IMG/VR virus record: IMGVR_UViG_3300025437_000011
Span: 1-64,000 of that record
Origin: a virus
Strand: one strand, 5' to 3'
DNA: 64,000 nt
Positions 59,616 to 64,000 of the stretch are shown here, piece by piece. Positions within the stretch are counted from its first letter, which is position 1. Each line of letters starts with the position of its first letter. A program made the position numbers and the translations under genes. The notes under the pieces are model-generated. The model ran no database searches. It saw only the letters and a program-made list of their open reading frames with translations, and was not told where the DNA came from.

Positions 59616-59971
59616 TGAAAATAAATCTACCAGAAGGTTATATATTTGATATACTTTCAATTTACCAAATAAAATATTCTAAATCAGCGCAATCTGAAGG
59701 TAATCTTAATTTAAGAAATTTTAATAATTTATTAAATGAAATAAAATCTCAGATAGGAAATAATCAAACTGATATTATAATTAATAGCCAAGAATATGCC
59801 AATTTATTAAAAGCTAATTTAGAAACATTTGAATTAGTTGACGCAGTTAAAGTTAACCCATGCCTCGGAAAGGAAGTTGATGAATCTAACTATAATAGAT
59901 TTTTAGCAAAAAAAACCCTACAAGAAAAATATTTTAATTCAACATATTCAGAAACCAAAATAGGTTATTAG
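59612..59971 (+). CDS. Small helical protein (DUF6165-like)
   Basis: G..FDILSIYQIK, L..ANL..F..VD, N..RF..K pattern. Confidence 0.5.
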   Translation: MMKINLPEGYIFDILSIYQIKYSKSAQSEGNLNLRNFNNLLNEIKSQIGNNQTDIIINSQEYANLLKANLETFELVDAVKVNPCLGKEVDESNYNRFLAKKTLQEKYFNSTYSETKIGY

Positions 59972-59973
59972 AA

Positions 59974-60387
59974 ATGAAGTTTAAAAATATATACGGCAGA
60001 GAGGTTAATAAAAATATTACTCCCTATATTGTTGATTGGCAAGAAGTTAGAGGAAGTAAAGCCCAGTTTAATGTTAAAAAATTTCTAGAACAGTTTTGGG
60101 TTGGTCATATTGTGTGTGAAGAATTTCCAGTGGCCGGGTCAAGAATGCGTTGCGACCTGATTAATTTTACAAAAAAAATTGCCGTGGAGACTCATGGGCA
60201 ACAGCATGATAAGTTCGTGCCATTCTTCCATAAAACTAGAACAAACTTTAAAAAGAGCTTTAAGCGTGATCTGGTTAAGTATAACTGGTTAGAATTAAAT
60301 GGTTTTAAGGTTATAGAGATTTTTGATAACGAAATCACCAATTTAAGCCAAGAATGGATAAAAGAAAAGTTTGATATTGAAATTTAA
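59974..60387 (+). CDS. PD-(D/E)xK, Vsr/DUF559-like endonuclease
   Basis: EEFPV...RCD...IAVETHGQQH...RD..K..W...NG. Confidence 0.75.
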   Translation: MKFKNIYGREVNKNITPYIVDWQEVRGSKAQFNVKKFLEQFWVGHIVCEEFPVAGSRMRCDLINFTKKIAVETHGQQHDKFVPFFHKTRTNFKKSFKRDLVKYNWLELNGFKVIEIFDNEITNLSQEWIKEKFDIEI

Positions 60388-60405
60388 ATCAAACCGTGGT
60401 ATCAT
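60377..60405 (+). promoter_or_regulatory. Sigma70-type promoter TTGAAA-N17-TATCAT with TGn extension
   Basis: -10 at 60400-60405, ATG 6 nt later. Confidence 0.65.
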
Positions 60406-60411
60406 TGTAGA

Positions 60412-61020
60412 ATGAATACCTTTTATATAGGAATAAGTGGAGTAGCCAGAGCGGGTAAAGATAGTTTTTCTGATATGTTATTGGACAGAATAAAGGCATC
60501 GGGCTTTAACGTCAAGCGACTATCTTTGGCAACCCCACTAAAGAATGACTGTAAGCACTTTATAAGTGAAAAGTTGGGACTTGATGTGTGGACAAACAAT
60601 ACTGAAGAAAAATCTATTTTTAGAGAGCTTTTGGTTTGGTATGGCAAGGTAAAGCGCCAGCAGACGCAGGGCAAATATTGGACTTCCCTATTAGAAAATG
60701 AAGTAGAGATTGCGCCACCAGAGGTTTGTATTATTTCCGATATTCGTTACCAACAATATGAAGAGGATGAAGTTCATTGGCTAAAGAATAAAATGAATGG
60801 CGTTTTAATTCATGTTGAGAGAACAGATATAGATGGAAAGGTAGTTCCTCCTGCCAATATGGATGAGACAATTAATGATTCAATCGTTAAAGAGCATGCA
60901 GACTATCGTGTTTCGTGGCCAACAGTTGGTGCCGAAGATCTTTATACTCTCGACATCTATGCAAAAAAGGCTTATGATTCTGTAATCCGAGAAAAACTAT
61001 ATGCAGCAAAAAATTCGTAG
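60412..61020 (+). CDS. Deoxynucleoside monophosphate kinase-like protein
   Basis: GISGVARAGKD, LATPLK, RELL..YG, IISDIRY. Confidence 0.75.
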   Translation: MNTFYIGISGVARAGKDSFSDMLLDRIKASGFNVKRLSLATPLKNDCKHFISEKLGLDVWTNNTEEKSIFRELLVWYGKVKRQQTQGKYWTSLLENEVEIAPPEVCIISDIRYQQYEEDEVHWLKNKMNGVLIHVERTDIDGKVVPPANMDETINDSIVKEHADYRVSWPTVGAEDLYTLDIYAKKAYDSVIREKLYAAKNS

Positions 61021-62491
61021 TGTTAATGTAGAAAAGCATGTTCTGGCCGGGTTCATTAAGCACCCGCAGTCATATCATGATGTGGCTCACTTTATCAATG
61101 AGCAAGACTTTACGAATGGTCACAAGACTATTTTTGGTGTGATTAAAAATCAAATTATTCACAACCAGCCACTTGATCCAGTCATTCTTTCAGAGAAGAT
61201 TAAGAACTTGGGAATTAGCTTTAATAAGCCTGATTTCAATATTTTTGATTATATTGAGAGCCTGACCTTCCTAAAGATTAGTCAGAAGTCTCTGCTTGAA
61301 GCATGCAAGGAGTTAAAGACAGTTACTATTCGCAGGGAAATTTGTGAGACCTCTCAACAGATTCAAGAGGCAATGGCAAATGCTGGAGATCAGAGTCCAG
61401 ACAAGATTATTAGCTTGGCCGATAAGATGTACAATGATAAGATTAGTGCATATGATTTAGATGTTAAACCAGAAGATCTTTTTGCCAATATTGAACAGAT
61501 GATCGAAGAGAGGGCAAATGCCCCTGTTGATGAATTGGGATATATCACTCCATATAAGAATTTTAATCAGATGTATGGTGGATTGCGGCCGGGCGAGTTA
61601 TATGCTTGGGTTTCTAGACCAAAGCATGGTAAGTCAACAATTCTAAATGATATTGCAACCAAAGCAACAATCATTAATCCAAAGATGAGGGCACTTGTTT
61701 TAGATACTGAAATGCAAACGAATGTAATGAAGTTTCGTATTGCAAGCGCTATTACTGGAATTCCAATGTGGTATTTAGAGACTGGTAACTTTAAGAATAA
61801 TAAAGAATTACTTGCAAGATGGAACAGTAAAAAGACTGAGCTTTCCCTAATTCAAGGAAGGGTTAACCATATGCAAGTTGCTGGAAAACCAGTCGAAGAA
61901 ATTGAATCAATCATTCAGCGTTGGTATCTGAGCGAAGTCGGAAGAGGTAATCCCGCAATCGTGGTTTATGATTACATAAAGCTAACAGGAGAGGCTGGTA
62001 ATGGAAATAAACAGGAATATCAATTAATTGGAGATAAGGTTGATTCATTAAAGAACCTATCAGTTCGCTTGAATATTCCACTTCTTACAGCTTGTCAGTT
62101 AAATCGTAGCGCTGAGAATGGTACTGATGATAGTTCCGCAATCGCGCAGAGTGACCGTCTACAATGGTTTGCCGCTTATGTTGGAATCTTTAGAAGGAAG
62201 ACCCTTGAGGAACAGGCAGAAGATGGCGCACATTATGGAACCCATAAGATGATTGAATTAGCGGCACGTTACCAAGGTAAGCATGCTCATGGTCATAGCG
62301 ACCTTGTTAAAGTTCGGGAGGGTAATCAAGTTAAATATAAGAAAAACTTTATTTCTTTTGAGGTTAATAACTTTAACGTAACCGAGAAAGCAACCCTTCA
62401 AGATATTGTTGATTCTAAAAATGGAATTAAAGTTGACGTATTCGACAGAGACTATAAGGAAGAAGATGGGGAGGATGACAACCTACTATGA
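61001..62491 (+). CDS. dnaB: Replicative DNA helicase, DnaB family
   Basis: GGLRPGEL...SRPKHGKS, DTEM, VYDYIKL, ACQLNR, SDRL. Confidence 0.9.
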   Translation: MQQKIRSVNVEKHVLAGFIKHPQSYHDVAHFINEQDFTNGHKTIFGVIKNQIIHNQPLDPVILSEKIKNLGISFNKPDFNIFDYIESLTFLKISQKSLLEACKELKTVTIRREICETSQQIQEAMANAGDQSPDKIISLADKMYNDKISAYDLDVKPEDLFANIEQMIEERANAPVDELGYITPYKNFNQMYGGLRPGELYAWVSRPKHGKSTILNDIATKATIINPKMRALVLDTEMQTNVMKFRIASAITGIPMWYLETGNFKNNKELLARWNSKKTELSLIQGRVNHMQVAGKPVEEIESIIQRWYLSEVGRGNPAIVVYDYIKLTGEAGNGNKQEYQLIGDKVDSLKNLSVRLNIPLLTACQLNRSAENGTDDSSAIAQSDRLQWFAAYVGIFRRKTLEEQAEDGAHYGTHKMIELAARYQGKHAHGHSDLVKVREGNQVKYKKNFISFEVNNFNVTEKATLQDIVDSKNGIKVDVFDRDYKEEDGEDDNLL

Positions 62492-63390
62492 ACTTAGTCG
62501 ATATATTGAGAAATGCTGGTTGCAAGCCAACTAATCATGGAACATATATAACCTGTGCCGGAAAGTATCGTGGCGGCGATGACCCAACCTCTGTTGCCGT
62601 ATATCCACAAACCGGAACTGTTCATGATTTTGTTACTAGTAAAACCATGTCTATTGAGGAATTTCTAAAGAAAACCTTAAATCTAAAATCTCAAGATCAA
62701 TTAAATAAAATACTATCTGGAACAAAAGAATATTATTCTTCCTGTTTTGCTGAACAGGATAATGATGATCCGTTTAATAAAACAACTAAATATTATTCAA
62801 GTGATGATATGCTTTCATTAGAGTGGGATCATTCTTACTGGAATGGTAGAAATATTTCCGATCAAACAGTAACCGCCTTTCAGGGCGGAGTTTGCAAGTC
62901 TGGAAAGATGGAGAATAGATATGTATTCCCAATTTTTAATTCAAGAAAAAAGATTGAAGGATTCTCTGGCAGAGATATTACTGGAAAGTCAAAAATTAAG
63001 TGGAAGCATATTGGCAAAAAAAGCGACTGGGCTTATCCTCTATATTTTAGTCATAAGTATGTAACAGAACATGATGAAATTATTTTAGTTGAGAGTATTG
63101 GAGATATGCTATCCTTATGGCAATGTGGGATTAGGAATATTGCAATAACATTCGGAACAGACATAGGTTCCGGATTATTAAAAGCAGTCTTGCGTTTAGA
63201 TCCAAAAAAGATTATTATTGCCACTAATAACGATGAGAACCAAGCTGGACAAAAAGCGGCGCAAAAGATCAAGTCAAAATTAATCGAGTTTTTTGATGAA
63301 TCTCAAATTCAAATCTATCATCCGATCAAAAATGATTTTGGTGAACAAACCGAAGAAGAAAACTTAGCATGGTTAGAAAATATTAAATAA
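62488..63390 (+). CDS. DNA primase (Toprim)
   Basis: RYVFPIFN, GFSGR, KWKH, LVESIGD, ATNND..GQ.AA, NDFGE; follows helicase. Confidence 0.85.
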   Translation: MNLVDILRNAGCKPTNHGTYITCAGKYRGGDDPTSVAVYPQTGTVHDFVTSKTMSIEEFLKKTLNLKSQDQLNKILSGTKEYYSSCFAEQDNDDPFNKTTKYYSSDDMLSLEWDHSYWNGRNISDQTVTAFQGGVCKSGKMENRYVFPIFNSRKKIEGFSGRDITGKSKIKWKHIGKKSDWAYPLYFSHKYVTEHDEIILVESIGDMLSLWQCGIRNIAITFGTDIGSGLLKAVLRLDPKKIIIATNNDENQAGQKAAQKIKSKLIEFFDESQIQIYHPIKNDFGEQTEEENLAWLENIK

Positions 63391-63391
63391 T

Positions 63392-63880
63392 ATGAGACTT
63401 TCATTTGATGAATATGGAGCGCTTTTAGCCCTTGTAATTAAAAGCAGGTCAGAAGACCCTCACACACAGGTCGGAGGAGTAGCTTTTAATAATGAGAAAA
63501 GAATTAAATCAACTGGATATAATGGATTAAAATCTGGAATGATAATGCCCGAATGGATGAGACTAGAACATAATCGTGCCGAGAAGGGCGATTTGATGAT
63601 TCATTGTGAAAGTAATTTGTGTTCAGGACTCACCAAAGGAGAATGCGATACTATATATTTAACTATTAGTCCATGCATAAAATGCTGTCAAAATATTGCG
63701 GCTTTAGATATTAAAAGAGTTATATATATCAAAGAATATACAAAATGTAATAAATATAAAGAGTTTCTATCCTTTCATGGTATAGGATATAGAGAACTCT
63801 CAGATCAAGAAAAACAAAATATTAAAAACTACTTAATAGATCATAATAATTTTCTTGAATTAGCCTTAAATAATGTGTAA
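63392..63880 (+). CDS. dCMP deaminase
   Basis: RSED..TQVG, TGYNG, HCESN, SPCIKC. Confidence 0.88.
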   Translation: MRLSFDEYGALLALVIKSRSEDPHTQVGGVAFNNEKRIKSTGYNGLKSGMIMPEWMRLEHNRAEKGDLMIHCESNLCSGLTKGECDTIYLTISPCIKCCQNIAALDIKRVIYIKEYTKCNKYKEFLSFHGIGYRELSDQEKQNIKNYLIDHNNFLELALNNV

Positions 63881-63888
63881 TATTGTAC

Positions 63889-64000
63889 ATGACTAAAACT
63901 CCAATTAAAAACTTATCTCAGACGATAAGGTCTTCTATAATAGACGATTATAAGTTAAATTATCTAACTCTAGATAAATTGGCAGAGAAGTATAATTATA
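63889..64000 (+). CDS. Partial ORF running off the window, HTH-like N-terminus
   Basis: MTKTPIKNLSQTIRSSIIDDYKLNYLTLDKLAEKYNY..., open to the end; GTGTAA at 63875-63880 lies 8 nt upstream. Confidence 0.5.
   Translation, partial: MTKTPIKNLSQTIRSSIIDDYKLNYLTLDKLAEKYNY

Noticed and set aside
47004-62491. Introns or inteins in nrdA, nrdB, recA-like or dnaB
   Set aside because: ORFs are continuous and of ordinary or minimal length.
60412-63880. Hypermodified-base DNA pathway
   Set aside because: dNMP kinase and dCMP deaminase are generic; no hydroxymethylase, PurZ or queuosine-type genes in the window. DNA glycosylation cannot be fully excluded.
1-64000. Alternative genetic code (stop-codon reassignment)
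   Set aside because: Standard-code ORFs tile the window densely and conserved enzymes are full length.
1-64000. tRNA/rRNA genes, CRISPR arrays, integrase or IS elements
   Set aside because: No cloverleaf, repeat-spacer array, integrase or transposase motif seen; intergenic gaps are short. A covariance scan was not possible.

Overview
A 64 kb segment of a large, AT-rich, tailed dsDNA bacteriophage genome (long tape-measure gene, no recognisable tail sheath in the window), read in the standard genetic code. Positions 1-39.4 kb (+ strand) hold the packaging and virion module: ERCC4 nuclease, terminase, portal, a fibre-like gene pair, a lysis cassette (u-spanin-like protein, holin, endolysin), prohead protease/scaffold, decoration protein, major capsid, neck, tail tube, chaperones, a 2796-aa modular tape-measure protein and tail-tip proteins. 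A short minus-strand block (39.4-44.2 kb) carries a Rad52-like protein and glycosyltransferases. Positions 44.3-64 kb (+) carry a sigma factor, SSB, NrdB/NrdA, RecA-like recombinase, DnaB, primase, dNMP kinase and dCMP deaminase, interleaved with many glycan-biosynthesis genes (five glycosyltransferase-like ORFs counting both strands, Gmd, a nucleotidyltransferase, WavE-like protein, a sugar C-methyltransferase). Main observations: (1) virion-surface proteins are strongly enriched in Ser/Thr-Gly dipeptides while replication proteins and an apparently inserted LamG domain are not, which with the glycosyltransferase set suggests phage-encoded virion O-glycosylation; (2) the tape-measure protein contains a duplicated cassette punctuated by (A)AG(Y/W/H)(I/V)P(N/Q)F motifs bracketing two different enzyme-like cargo domains; (3) a GTGTAA motif precedes most structural gene blocks and is a candidate late promoter for the phage sigma factor. 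All functional calls rest on visual motif recognition, all counts are by hand and approximate, and no searches were run.
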